A stretch of DNA of 63,611 nucleotides, the filler included, from Octopus bimaculoides (lineage: Eukaryota), in the NCBI RefSeq assembly GCF_001194135.2. It is 6 parts of 6 records of this genome, joined end to end, with 100 filler letters (N's around TTAATTAATTAA, not from the genome) between each part and the next. Parts side by side here need not be neighbours in the genome. Positions count along the whole stretch, not along the records: positions 1 to 9,387 come from NW_026372782.1; positions 9,488 to 34,554 come from NC_069000.1; 4 more parts are not named here. The stretch is one strand, 5' to 3'. Under the pieces are notes generated by a model. It was not told the origin of the DNA. It did no database searches and saw only the letters and a list, made by a program, of their open reading frames with translations. Of the stretch, positions 1 to 11,900 are shown piece by piece (positions within the stretch are counted from its first letter, which is position 1; each line of letters begins with the position of its first letter). Made by a program: the position numbers and the translations under genes.

Positions 1-621
1 TTTCAGCTGTAACCATTTTATATTCTTCCCCAGCTGAAGCTCTCTCCCATAAATACTCATTGTGCTTTATTTAATGCTTACATACTGTTCTGTTCAAAAT
101 GTTTATAACAACACAAAGCCTATCTATATTTGTGTTAGTTTCTTTATCAGCAAACTGCTGGAAGATGCAGAGGATGATAGCTTGTCTATTACGTGACAGA
201 AATTTTTACTTATCCTGGGCTGGGTGTCTTAAGTTTTCAACAGGTACCTTCATTGTCACATTCTCGTTTTCTCATGATTAACAATTAAATAACTGTATTC
301 GGTTGAAAAAAATTCAAAATGTGATTATTGCAAGGTTTTCTCCTCTTTCCGTTTCTCTTGTTTATCTGCTGATGATATATTTGGTAAGTGATATTATCTT
401 CCTGGTTAGTCGTTTATCTGATTGTGTATTGTAACGTTTGTGGTATTTGAAATATTTGCACTGGAAAAACCTTTGAAAACTCTCTCTCTCTCTCTCTCTC
501 CCTCTCTCCCCCCTCTCTCTCTCTGTCTTTCGCTGTCAGTCTGCCTATCTGTCTACGCCTGTATAAATGCCTATATACATACATATATATGTGCGTGTAC
601 ATACATACATATATATATGTA

Positions 622-705
<84 letters not shown>

Positions 706-761
706 ACTCTCTCTCTCCCTCTCTCTCCCTCTCTCANNNNNNNNNNNNNNNNNNNNNNNNN

Positions 762-803
<42 letters not shown>

Positions 804-981
804 TGTATGTTTGTGTGTGTATATGTATAAATAAATATATTATATCCAGCACGGCTATAGCCTCAGGGCTGAAACATGTAAAAGAATGAAAGAATGTACA
901 CGCGCATATATAGATGTACGTGTATGTATATGTATAAATGGATATTATATATATGCATATATATATATACACATATATATA

Positions 982-1297
982 TTTCATATAAAATTAGTGT
1001 TCATTTATACACAAAAGAGGTGACTCTAAATATGACACGTTACATGCTAAAAGGAGCAGTCAAAGTCCAAGCCACGGTTAAAAATAATTTCGAAGGAGAT
1101 GGAAAGTAAAGACATTTTCAATAGTTACCATTTGTACCTAGGTTTCGAACATTAATGAACAAATAAAATAATTTGTTGATTAATGTTCGAAATCTAGCTA
1201 CAAGTTGTAACTATTGAAAATGTTTTTATTTTTCATTCTCGTCTCCTGTTTAGGGTCACCTCTTTTGTCTCCAAATATACACTAATTTTACATGAAA
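982..1297. mobile_element. Palindromic (foldback/MITE-like) element, same family as 59453-59859
   Basis: Left arm TTTCATATAAAATTAGTG..CACAAAAGAGGTGACTCTAAA is the reverse complement of right arm TTTAGGGTCACCTCTTTTGT..CACTAATTTTACATGAAA. There is a second inner inverted repeat around 1110-1230. The internal sequence resembles the arms of 59453-59859. Confidence 0.75.
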
Positions 1298-1810
1298 AAT
1301 GTGTTCTATTGACTNNNNNNNNNNNNNNNNNNNNNNNNNNNNNNNNNNNNNNNNNNNNNNNNNNNNNNNNNNNNNNNNNNNNNNNNNNNNNNNNNNNNNN
1401 NNNNNNNNNNNNNNNNNNNNNNNNNNNNNNNNNNNNNNNNNNNNNNNNNNNNNNNNNNNNNNNNNNNNNNNNNNNNNNNNNNNNNNNNNNNNNNNNNNNN
1501 NNNNNNNNNNNNNNNNNNNNNNNNNNNNNNNNNNNNNNNNNNNNNNNNNNNNNNNNNNNNNNNNTATAAACATATATATGTATTATTCGCAACCACTTCA
1601 ATATGGCTGTCCGTTTGAACGAATTCTACTGCGATTTTTTAACCCCAAGAGGGCATCTCCTCTAGGTGGTTAACGATGCAGAAATGCATCCGATAAATTT
1701 TGAGCAGGTGAGCGAACATCTACTACCTCCTGGTGACAGGACCAGCAGACAAGCCCTGGTTTCGAGCTATTTCTGCCACTCTACGGTACTGGACACCTCA
1801 CACACACACA

Positions 1811-1873
<63 letters not shown>

Positions 1874-1899
1874 CTGTATACAGTTGAAATTTACAGAAA

Positions 1900-2007
1900 A
1901 CAAAAGACGAAGACAGGTGTATAAACAACAAGCAGGTGTATTAGTTTGACGCTCAGGAATGTGAGAAAGTCTTTTACCTTTCGGGCCTACGCTCTTCAAC
2001 AGAAAGG
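1900..2007. repeat. Dispersed repeat, inverted copy at 27068-27172 (possibly a Penelope-like terminal repeat)
   Basis: AAGACGAAGACAGGTGTATAAACAACAAGCAGGTGTATTAGTTTGACGCTC..GCCTACGCTCTTCAACAGAAA matches 27068-27172 in reverse. The TGAAGAG..CTCGAAAC pattern recalls Penelope ends (inference). Confidence 0.7.
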
Positions 2008-3479
2008 AACACGAAGAAATAAACAGTGAGAGAATAATAATAATAATAAAAACTTGTTGATTTAGCAGTCACACACATACATATGCAGTGTGTTTTCACA
2101 TACTTTCAGTCTCCAACGTTTAACCCAAATGTCATTAGTCGACCAGAAACTTAATATTGGTTCCAAATTTTGATACAAAACAAGCAATTTCGGAGTATAG
2201 ATCAACCGATACTTATCGACTTTGACAGTATGAAAGGCTAAGCCGACCACGGCAGAATTTGAACTCTGAACATAAAGACGGATAAAATGCTGCTAAGCAT
2301 TTTGCCCTGTATGCTAACGATACTACCAGCACGCCGCCTTACTCCGAAATTTAATATTAGGCCAAGACACATGGTTAACCGTCACACAGCAAATCGAACC
2401 CGGCTCCGTGTTGCTCAGAATCGTGCCACTTAACTGCACAACTAAGACAATGCACTGTACAGGGAAATATAATCCACTTTAGTACGTTCATTATACTTAA
2501 ACTAACAAAGAAGAAATAAAACAACAGAGTAACACTTCAATATAGAGATCTTGTGTCAGATATAGCTAGCTGCCGTCTCAAAGCAAAACTTGCATGTATA
2601 TATGTGTATATATATATATATATNNNNNNNNNNNNNNNNNNNNNNNNNNNNNNNNNNNNNNNNNNNNNNNNNNNNNNNNNNNNNNNNNNNNNNNNNNNNN
2701 NNNNNNNNNNNNNNNNNNNNNNNNNNNNNNNNNNNNNNNNNNNNNNNNNNNNNNNNNNNNNNNNNNNNNNNNNNNNNNNNNNNNNNNNNNNNNNNNNNNN
2801 NNNNNNNNNNNNNNNNNNNNNNNNNNNNNNNNNNNNNNNNNNNNNNNNNNNNNNNNNNNNNNNNNNNNNNNNNNNNNNNNNNNNNNNNNNNNNNNNNNNN
2901 NNNNNNNNNNNNNNNNNNNNNNNNNNNNNNNNNNNNNNNNNNNNNNNNNNNNNNNNNNNNNNNNNNNNNNNNNNNNNNNNNNNNNNNNNNNNNNNNNNNN
3001 NNNNNNNNNNNNNNNNNNNNNNNNNNNNNNNNNNNNNNNNNNNNNNNNNNNNNNNNNNNNNNNNNNNNNNNNNNNNNNNNNNNNNNNNNNNNNNNNNNNN
3101 NNNNNNNNNNNNNNNNNNNNNNNNNNNNNNNNNNNNNNNNNNNNNNNNNNNNNNNNNNNNNNNNNNNNNNNNNNNNNNNNNNNNNNNNNNNNNNNNNNNN
3201 NNNNNNNNNNNNNNNNNNNNNNNNNAGAGGGAGAGAGAGAGAGAGAGAGAGAGGGGGGAGAGAGAGAGAGAGAGAGAGCATGCGTGTAATCAAAGATCTG
3301 TATAGAGAAAGCGTAATTTAATATGAGATAAATATAATTCGATAAATGGAAAATATAATTTAATGATCAAACTAGCAAGATGTAATGAATGAAAGATACT
3401 AGGAAAATAAATTTGAAGGGTAACAGCGAAAAAAATGCAACAGTTGTAACATCAGCAACAGCAATAGCAACATATGCAA

Positions 3480-3486
3480 TAGTAGT

Positions 3487-3551
<65 letters not shown>

Positions 3552-3665
3552 AAGAAGAAGAAGAAGAAGAAGAAGAAGAAGACGAAGAAGAGTACGTTTT
3601 CTGCTATCACTACCACCATAATCAACAAGAACTACTCGTACAGCAAGAGTCATAGCAACAGTATG

Positions 3666-3711
<46 letters not shown>

Positions 3712-3869
3712 GTAGTAGTAGTAGTAGAAGTAGTAGCACTAGTGGTAGTGGTAATAGAACAGTAGCTCTACTGCCACTAGCATCACCGGTATCAACATTA
3801 TCATCATCGACAACATTACTGCAATAACAGTTTAAATTTAAATTGTAAAAGATGTCTGTCACCTTAGAA

Positions 3870-3924
<55 letters not shown>

Positions 3925-3936
3925 GCTGCTACTGCA

Positions 3937-3992
<56 letters not shown>

Positions 3993-4020
3993 AACTACTT
4001 ACCTCCTTCTGCTACTACTG
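3480..4020. repeat. Compound trinucleotide microsatellite array (GCA/GTA/GAA, TAT, CTA)
   Basis: Seen directly; it produces the poly-A/V/E, poly-L/I and poly-Y pseudo-ORFs. Confidence 0.95.
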
Positions 4021-4431
4021 CTGCTGTCATCAATGCCAAACTACGGCAGAAGTTCCAAGGATTGTGTAGTGGAATGGTTGGGTAACCTGAAGTCAACGGT
4101 GGAGCGTGTTTACAGCAGATCTGGTGTACCTCTGATGAGCATCACCAAAGATTTTGTATTAAAGTCAGAATGGCTGCTACAGAAGCGAGACCGAGGAATT
4201 GAGTAGAAGGAAATGACATATTTTGTGTAAATAGTGGTGGGGAGACAAATCGAGGAAGGAAAAAGAAAATCAGTTGGTTCGTAGTTGGCAGCAGTGAAGA
4301 AATGGAAATATTAGTGGAGTCTTTTATCAAAGATACTGAGAGCGGCGTCTGAGATACTGGAAGCGAGGTGTGGAGAGTTTTAACAAAAGGCTTGACAGAT
4401 GTGAACGAGATTCTTGGTGAGGGTGGTACAA

Positions 4432-4491
4432 GACGAACTGTGGTACTAGACGAAAAGTCGTGGTACTAGACGAAAAATCGTGGTACTAGAC
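4432..4491. repeat. 20-bp tandem repeat, about 3 copies (GTGGTACTAGACGAAAAGTC)
   Basis: Three near-identical units plus a degenerate fourth just upstream. Confidence 0.85.
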
Positions 4492-4734
4492 AAAATTTTG
4501 GATCTGAATGAAACACGGAATGGCACGATTTGTGTGCACTCTAGTGAGCAAGGAAACGCTTGCTAACTGATGGCTGGAATGTACCAAGAGGGAAGCGCAG
4601 TTTGATATTTAGCTCTTTTCCTTTAGTTGTTTCAATCATTGGACAGCGGTCATGATGGTGTAGCTCTTTGAAGAGGTTCAGTCTAACAAAGCAACTGCAT
4701 TACTTAGTGTTTTGAGCGTGCACTTATTCTATAG

Positions 4735-5003
4735 GTTACTTTGACGAACTGTTAAGTTAAAAAGATATAAACAAACCAGCACCAGTTGTCAAGCGGTGGT
4801 GGTGGACAAACACAAGCCAACACATGCACACACTCACGCATTTGTACAACGTGCTTCTTTCAGTTTTCATCTACGAAATCCACTGACAAGGTTTAGATCA
4901 GTCTGAGTCTATAATAGAAGTAACTTACCGAAACTGCCGCGCATTGGGACTGAACCAGGAACTATGTGGTTGAAAGCAACGCTCTTATCATACAACCACG
5001 CCT
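4735..5003 (-). mobile_element. SINE family D copy (diverged)
   Basis: Reverse-strand match to the 56686-57010 and 36145-36525 family (CACTTATTCTAT..TTGTCAAGCG..AATCCACT..GGGACTGAACC). Confidence 0.7.
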
Positions 5004-5531
5004 GCAAGTACATAATAACAAAACACGAGAGCAAATTCAACGAAATGACGATGTGTCGCGGTGATGGTCTCGGAGATTGTGTAGGTGGTGAAAATATCCT
5101 GTTAACTTACTGGATTGGTGCGCTTGACAGTGCTAAGACATTTTACGTCCAAGGTAGAGAAGGACTGGAAGAGTTTCGTTGAAAGAAGGTACTTGAAAAG
5201 GCGAAGAGTGTGTTTTCAGACATTACAACGTCATAACTGCGAAGAGAACTTCTTAACCAGACGATTAGGGTTGCTCCCAGTTGATTGGCAAACATATACG
5301 ACAAAAGACACAGAGAATAAAAGAAACGTCCAGAAAATATGAACGTATTATGTCGATAGAAATACAAAACTTTCCAATAGAAATTAAGAATTCTTAAGAC
5401 ATTTTGGACGTTGTCTATTGGCAGACAGATCAAGTGAACTTTGTGACATTTTCTTGTCAAAGTCATTCATCAATTATCACTAGGTGATATACATACATAC
5501 ATACATACATATAAACACAGACACAGACAGA

Positions 5532-5562
<31 letters not shown>

Positions 5563-5607
5563 GCAAACACACACAAACACACACACATATGTATATGTGT
5601 ACAAGTA

Positions 5608-5675
<68 letters not shown>

Positions 5676-5692
5676 CATGTATATAAGGACGG

Positions 5693-5900
5693 TGACCTGG
5701 CAGAAATGTTAGCACACTGGACGAAATACTTAGCGGTAGTTCGTCCGTCGCTACGCTCTGAGTTCAAATTCCACCGAGGTCGACTTTGCCTTTCATCATT
5801 TTGGGGTCAGTGACATAATTTCCAGTGAAACACTGGGTGTTGATGTAATTGACTCGTCTCCTCCCGTAAAAGTTCAGGCCTGGTGCCAATAGTAGAAAGG
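5693..5900 (+). mobile_element. SINE family A copy
   Basis: CTGGCAGAAATGTTAGCAC..GAGTTCAAATTCCACCGAGGTCGACTTTGCCTTTCATC, with a B-box-like GAGTTCAAAT; about 20 copies in the window. Confidence 0.8.
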
Positions 5901-6354
5901 ATGTATATATAATATATATATAAGTATATCGATATAAAACTATACACACACATATATGCGAAGAGAAATAGAGAGAAATTGATGGAAAAGAAGAGCGATG
6001 AAAAAAAAAAAAAATGAATGGCAAGACACGATAGGTTCACGATCAAAATTATTAGGTCGAAGTTCGGAAAAGTGGAAAGAGGTAATAATGACGTTTCGGA
6101 TATTCTTTCATCTGAATAAATCTTCAAGATGGACAGAACAGCACCTATGACAAACAAAATATAAAGAAATCAATAGAAGACGAAATGTCCAGGTGAAATT
6201 GCCCTTGCGAGATGTTTAGCTTATGTATTTCCCAATGAATCACGGGAAATAGGAAGTATGCCAGCCAGGTTTGGTGTTTAAAATCATGAATGAGAAAGAT
6301 AGCTGTGGTGTTGTCTTCTCGAGAAACTGTTATTTTCACTATACACGTTATAGC

Positions 6355-6542
6355 TTAAGGCAGCGAAATGCTTGGCGTTATTTCGTCTGTCTTTACGTTC
6401 TGAGTTCAAATTCCGCCGAGGTCGACTTTATCTTTCATCCTTTCGGAGTCGATAAATTAAGTAACAGTTGCCTATTGGGGGCGATCTAATCGACTGGCCC
6501 TTTTCCCAAAAATTTCAGAACTTGTGCCTAGAGTAGAAAAGA
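6355..6542 (+). mobile_element. SINE family A copy (second copy at ~6630-6800)
   Basis: CGAAATGCTT..GTTCTGAGTTCAAATTCCGCCGAGGTCGACTTT..GTCGATAAA core. Confidence 0.8.
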
Positions 6543-7285
6543 GTATACATGTTATAGCTATTAATTGTTAATGTTCCTTCTATTCGCTGGTTGCTTACAA
6601 ATGCTCAAGGTCAAAGATTTTAGGGACTGACAGAATCGAATCGTTAGCACAACGGATAAAATGCATTGAGGTGACGTTCTGAGTTCAAATTCTGCCGGGG
6701 TCTATAAAATAAGTACCACTTGAGTACTGGAGAAGATGTAATCGACTAGACCCCACCCACAAATTTTTCAGGCCTTCTGCCTATAAATAGAAAAGAAATT
6801 ATTTCTAGATCTATCTGTTTCGAGTTTATAAATTGTTATGATGTACTCACTTAATATATTTATATTTAAATATATTAGATGATCGTTCCAGAATCGAAAT
6901 CGTTACGATGTCTCCACTTCACTTGACATTATCCTCTTAACAATTTTTGTACCGCAGAAATATATCTCTTCATCACCAACAAATCTAAATTACAATAATT
7001 CCATACTAATTATTTTAGACGAACGGACAAGTTTAGTTCGTCCGTCTGGCACATTATGAAAGTAAGACCATTACCTAGTTGGTGTAGTGGCTGTTGTTGT
7101 GTTTGTTGCTGTGATGACACTTTTTCTTTACATTTTATTTTGGTTGTTTGTTCTTAGTGCTTTTTTTGTTGTGGACGCTTTTGTTGCTTGTGATGTTTTT
7201 AGAAAAAAAATTAAAAGGAAAAATACACCAGGAAAAATATCGGAAAGTAAACTACATTATATTTTAATTTCAATTGTGTTGTGCG

Positions 7286-7329
<44 letters not shown>

Positions 7330-7409
7330 TTGTGTGTATGCATGTATGTATGTGAACGCACTCACACACACATATATATATAATCATATATGCATATACA
7401 TACATACAC

Positions 7410-7464
<55 letters not shown>

Positions 7465-8547
7465 CATACTTATATATATACATACCTATATATATACACA
7501 CACACATATATATATATATATATATTGACATATATATTTAATACACATCTATACATTTACGAAAGGAAGATATATATATATANNNNNNNNNNNNNNNNNN
7601 NNNNNNNNNNNNNNNNNNNNNNNNNNNNNNNNNNNNNNNNNNNNNNNNNNNNNNNNNNNNNNNNNNNNNNNNNNNNNNNNNNNNNNNNNNNNNNNNNNNN
7701 NNNNNNNNNNNNNNNNNNNNNNNNNNNNNNNNNNNNNNNNNNNNNNNNNNNNNNNNNNNNNNNNNNNNNNNNNNNNNNNNNNNNNNNNNNNNNNNNNNNN
7801 NNNNNNNNNNNNNNNNNNNNNNNNNNNNNNNNNNNNNNNNNNNNNNNNNNNNNNNNNNNNNNNNNNNNNNNNNNNNNNNNNNNNNNNNNNNNNNNNNNNN
7901 NNNNNNNNNNNNNNNNNNNNNNNNNNNNNNNNNNNNNNNNNNNNNNNNNNNNNNNNNNNNNNNNNNNNNNNNNNNNNNNNNNNNNNNNNNNNNNNNNNNN
8001 NNNNNNNNNNNNNNNNNNNNNNNNNNNNNNNNNNNNNNNNNNNNNNNNNNNNNNNNNNNNNNNNNNNNNNNNNNNNNNNNNNNNNNNNNNNNNNNNNNNN
8101 NNNNNNNNNNNNNNNNNNNNNNNNNNNNNNNNNNNNNNNNNNNNNNNNNNNNNNNNNNNNNNNNNNNNNNNNNNNNNNNNNNNNNNNNNNNNNNNNNNNN
8201 NNNNNNNNNNNNNNNNNNNNNNNNNNNNNNNNNNNNNNNNNNNNNNNNNNNNNNNNNNNNNNNNNNNNNNNNNNNNNNNNNNNNNNNNNNNNNNNNNNNN
8301 NNNNNNNNNNNNNNNNNNNNNNNNNNNNNNNNNNNNNNNNNNNNNNNNNNNNNNNNNNNNNNNNNNNNNNNNNNNNNNNNNNNNNNNNNNNNNNNNNNNN
8401 NNNNNNNNNNNNNNNNNNNNNNNNNNNNNNNNNNNNNNNNNNNNNNNNNNNNNNNNNNNNNNNNNNNNNNNNNNNNNNNNNNNNNNNNNNNNNNNNNNNN
8501 NNNNNNNNNNNNNNNNNNNNNNNNNNNNNNNNNNNNNNNNNNNNNNN

Positions 8548-8552
8548 TGATG

Positions 8553-8584
<32 letters not shown>

Positions 8585-8746
8585 GGTGGTGACGATGGTG
8601 ATGGTGGTGAGGATGATGATGATGGTGATAATGATGATGGTGGTGATGACTACGAGGATGACGATTATGATGAAACTGCTGCCTTTGCTGCAGCTAATAA
8701 TGATAACGATGATGATGAAGACGATGATGATGATGATGATGATGAC

Positions 8747-8777
<31 letters not shown>

Positions 8778-9157
8778 GCGATTATCATAATAACGATTAT
8801 GATTCTTCATTTATTGTCCAAAAGTGCCTCAATGGCGATGAAAGATATTCTTCCTTCTTTTTGAGCCACGAGGGCCACCTGATGATGATGATGATGATGA
8901 TGATGACGACGACGACGAGGAAGACGCCGACAAGGCGAATGATCATGTTGATCAAGATGGTGAAAACGATGACGATAATTTCGATGATGACCATGATGAC
9001 GATGAAAAGGACAGTGATGACGAACGAAGACGATGACGATGACGACGAAGGCTATGATGATGACGAATGTGGTCCTGATGATGAGATACTGGCAATAACG
9101 ATGAAACAACAACGACGACGCCGATAATATGGACGATGAAGACAGTGGCAAACACTA

Positions 9158-9189
<32 letters not shown>

Positions 9190-9210
9190 ACTGCTGCTGC
9201 TGCTGCTTTT
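8548..9210. repeat. Compound (GAT/GAC)n low-complexity array ending in CTA/CTG repeats
   Basis: Seen directly; it produces the poly-M, poly-D and poly-I pseudo-ORFs. Confidence 0.9.
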
Positions 9211-9387
9211 GCAACTTCTGTAATCATTGTTCTGATTTATACTGCAAATATTGCGACTCACAGCGCCAGTTCTACCAGTAACAACAGTATTATAATTGTT
9301 TTTCTCCGTTTCTCACATAAATATTACTTTCTTATTGAATAACCGTAATAATAACGAAAACAACAACAACAACAATAAAGATATCAA

Positions 9388-9487
9388 NNNNNNNNNNNNN
9401 NNNNNNNNNNNNNNNNNNNNNNNNNNNNNNNTTAATTAATTAANNNNNNNNNNNNNNNNNNNNNNNNNNNNNNNNNNNNNNNNNNNN
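9388..9487. other. Synthetic assembly spacer 44N-TTAATTAATTAA-44N (the 12-mer also at 34599-34610, 54374-54385, 56630-56641, 59370-59381)
   Basis: The identical 12-mer, with stops in all six frames, sits inside N runs five times; the first instance totals exactly 100 bp. Confidence 0.95.
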
Positions 9488-10343
9488 ATATATATACATA
9501 CATACATACATATATATGCGTGTGTATCTAAACTTTACTATTATTTCAAGAATCAGTTCCTATACAACAGCGATTCTGTAATTCTGCCTCACAGAGTTAC
9601 ATACATCTGATATTTTGCAAGTAGTATAGTCCTGAAAAAAGTTTTTTTTTCTTTTTTTTCAATCTAGAAAGTGGTAATAATTATGTTATCCACAATTCTC
9701 TAAGAATAAATGCAATACACTCTCATCCGATTAAGGGCGATGTTTAGGTTGAAATTATAGCTGCCAAGTATCTTTATAAATAGAAGCTGTGCTCTATATT
9801 TATCATCCACCTCGACACAGCAGGAAAGTTGGCGATGGAAATAAGCTAAGAAATTGACGTCGACGAAAATAGCATATCCTTGTCTATAATTAAAACAAAG
9901 AGGCGGGTATAGTTGTGGTTTGAAGCAAAGGGAATAAGGTACTTACCTTTATTTATAGGGAGGAGAGTGGCTAATTGAAGAACTGTGGGGTAGCGGTGTA
10001 AGGTATGTATTTTTATGTATATGTAATAATGTCAATGATATCTTTGCGTTACAATGTGCATTACCACTGCAAATGTATATGTTCTGTTGAGGTGATTATC
10101 AGGTACGTGTACGTATATGTTAGTTTGTATTTGTGTGTCTTTGTGCGCTTAGCTATGAAGCCGAACGTGTAGGGGTTGATTCCCCAGAGTCTATAAACGC
10201 AAACATGCCGGCCTGGTTTAGAAGCTTGGTTTCCAACCATGTGGCATCGGGTTCTTTGTGTGTCTCCTACTGTAGACGCGGGCCAACCAATACTTTGTGA
10301 GCGGATTTGGTAGAAGGAAAAGTGCATGGAAACCATCATAAAC

Positions 10344-10390
<47 letters not shown>

Positions 10391-10839
10391 TGAATGGATC
10401 AAATAAATGTTGACTTTGGCTGAAAGAGCGCAGATTCTGTTCAGATCTAAGATACCCAACTCTCTATTGAGCTCCAGGTCAGAAACTTTCCGTACTTGCA
10501 TTCACATATATAAATATATTTTGAAGAATTGGAAAATTCTGCCAACTCCTGACTGACTTGATATCGTTCCAGCCTTATCATTTAAGGTCTGAGGACGATA
10601 GCTCTTTTACCTTTTTACTTTTTATTTTTTACATTTTAGTTTCTGTTTTTCGTTTACCGTTTTTTACTGTCTGCGTTTTCTATATACTACTTTCTCAACT
10701 TTTTCATATATATGAGACCGATAGAATAAGTACCAAAAGAGAGTCGATTTATTTGATTTAAACACCTACAGGTGGCGCAGCAGCATGACTACAGTTTAAT
10801 GACTGATACAAGTAAGAGAAAATAATATATATACATATA

Positions 10840-11128
10840 TATATATGTGTGTGTCTGTGTTTGTCCCCCCCCACCATTGCTTGACAACCGATGCTGGTGT
10901 GTTTACTGATAGAATAAGTANNNNNNNNNNNNNNNNNNNNNNNNNNNNNNNNNNNNNNNNNNNNNNNNNNNNNNNNNNNNNNNNNNNNNNNNNNNNNNNN
11001 NNNNNNNNNNNNNNNNNNNNNNNNNNNNNNNNNNNNNNNNNNNNNNNNNNNNNNNNNNNNNNNNNNNNNNNNNNNNNNNNNNNNNNNNNNNNNNNNNNNN
11101 NNNNNNNNNNNNNNNNNNNNNNNNNNNN

Positions 11129-11167
<39 letters not shown>

Positions 11168-11330
11168 CTGTGTTTGTCCCCCCCCACCATTGCTTGACAA
11201 CCGATGCTGGTGTGTTTACTGATAGAATAAGTACTAGGCTTACAAAGAATAATTCCTGGGGTCGATTTGCTCGACTAAAGGCGGTGCTCCAGCAAGGCCA
11301 TAGTTAAATGACTGAAACAAGTAAAAGAGT
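10840..11330 (+). mobile_element. SINE family D 3' part; ~10840-10920 is repeated after the gap (probable assembly overlap)
   Basis: GTTTGTCCCCCCCACCATTGCTTGACAACCGATGCTGG..GATAGAATAAGTA occurs identically on both sides of the N run. Confidence 0.8.
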
Positions 11331-11689
11331 ATATACACACACAAGTGAATGGACAAACGAAAAGAGGAGTCTCAACACACTTATTGGGAGTCTCATGTAT
11401 GGATCAAAACGGTTTTATTCAAAGTCGTTGGTACTCTAAGTTTCAAGCGTTAAGCTAATCCTTAGCCATTGCGTGAGTGTGTGTGTATGTGCGTGCGTGC
11501 GTACGATGGGCTTCCGAACAGTTTCCGTTTACTAAATTCACTCACAAGTTATTAGACAACCCGGGCATATATTAAATGACATTTGTCCAAAATGCCGCGG
11601 TTTCGTTCTGAACTCGGAAACACGTGCTTACAAAGAGAGCTTCTTAGCCACTCAGCCACGAAGCTATGTCTGCACCTATTGGTTTTTGC

Positions 11690-11900
11690 GCAAGAGTTTG
11701 TTGGCCTCTCTTTGAATTTCACCTTTGAACAAGCACAGCACCTGTTACGTACTAGGCTATTGGCATCTGTACTGGAAGAGAATTTTTCTGTTTACAAATT
11801 TCATCCTTCATCCGGTGTTCTAGCTGTGACCAACTCGTTTTGTTTCCTGTATCTGATATATTTGTTCAACATATTTATCTATTTTCAAGACGGTGGAGTG
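11690..11900 (-). mobile_element. Possible decayed LINE AP-endonuclease N-terminal remnant
   Basis: Minus frame KIDKYVEQIYQIQETKRVGHS*..KILF.. resembles the APE 'xQET' motif; many stops; weak. Confidence 0.3.

Noticed and set aside
414-987. ORFs made of IY/CV/HT/LS/RE dipeptide runs (here and throughout the track)
   Set aside because: They are translations of (AT)n, (GT)n, (CT)n and (ATCT)n microsatellites.
2553-3321. Long ORFs full of X (also 7390-8788, 25235-26098, 27125-28229 and others)
   Set aside because: They stay open only because N gaps contain no stop codons.
8550-9127. Met/Asp-rich ORFs resembling reflectin or biomineral proteins
   Set aside because: Pure GAT/GAC repeat decay with no reflectin (M/F)D(X)5(MD(X)5)n pattern with Tyr/Arg and no splice framework.
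9432-9443. Recurrent TTAATTAATTAA motif as a possible biological signal
   Set aside because: Always embedded in N runs, 44 N each side where counted; it is a synthetic scaffold spacer.
10832-11232. Apparent tandem duplication across a gap (also 48885-49020)
   Set aside because: Identical sequence on both sides of an N run next to a microsatellite indicates unresolved contig overlap.
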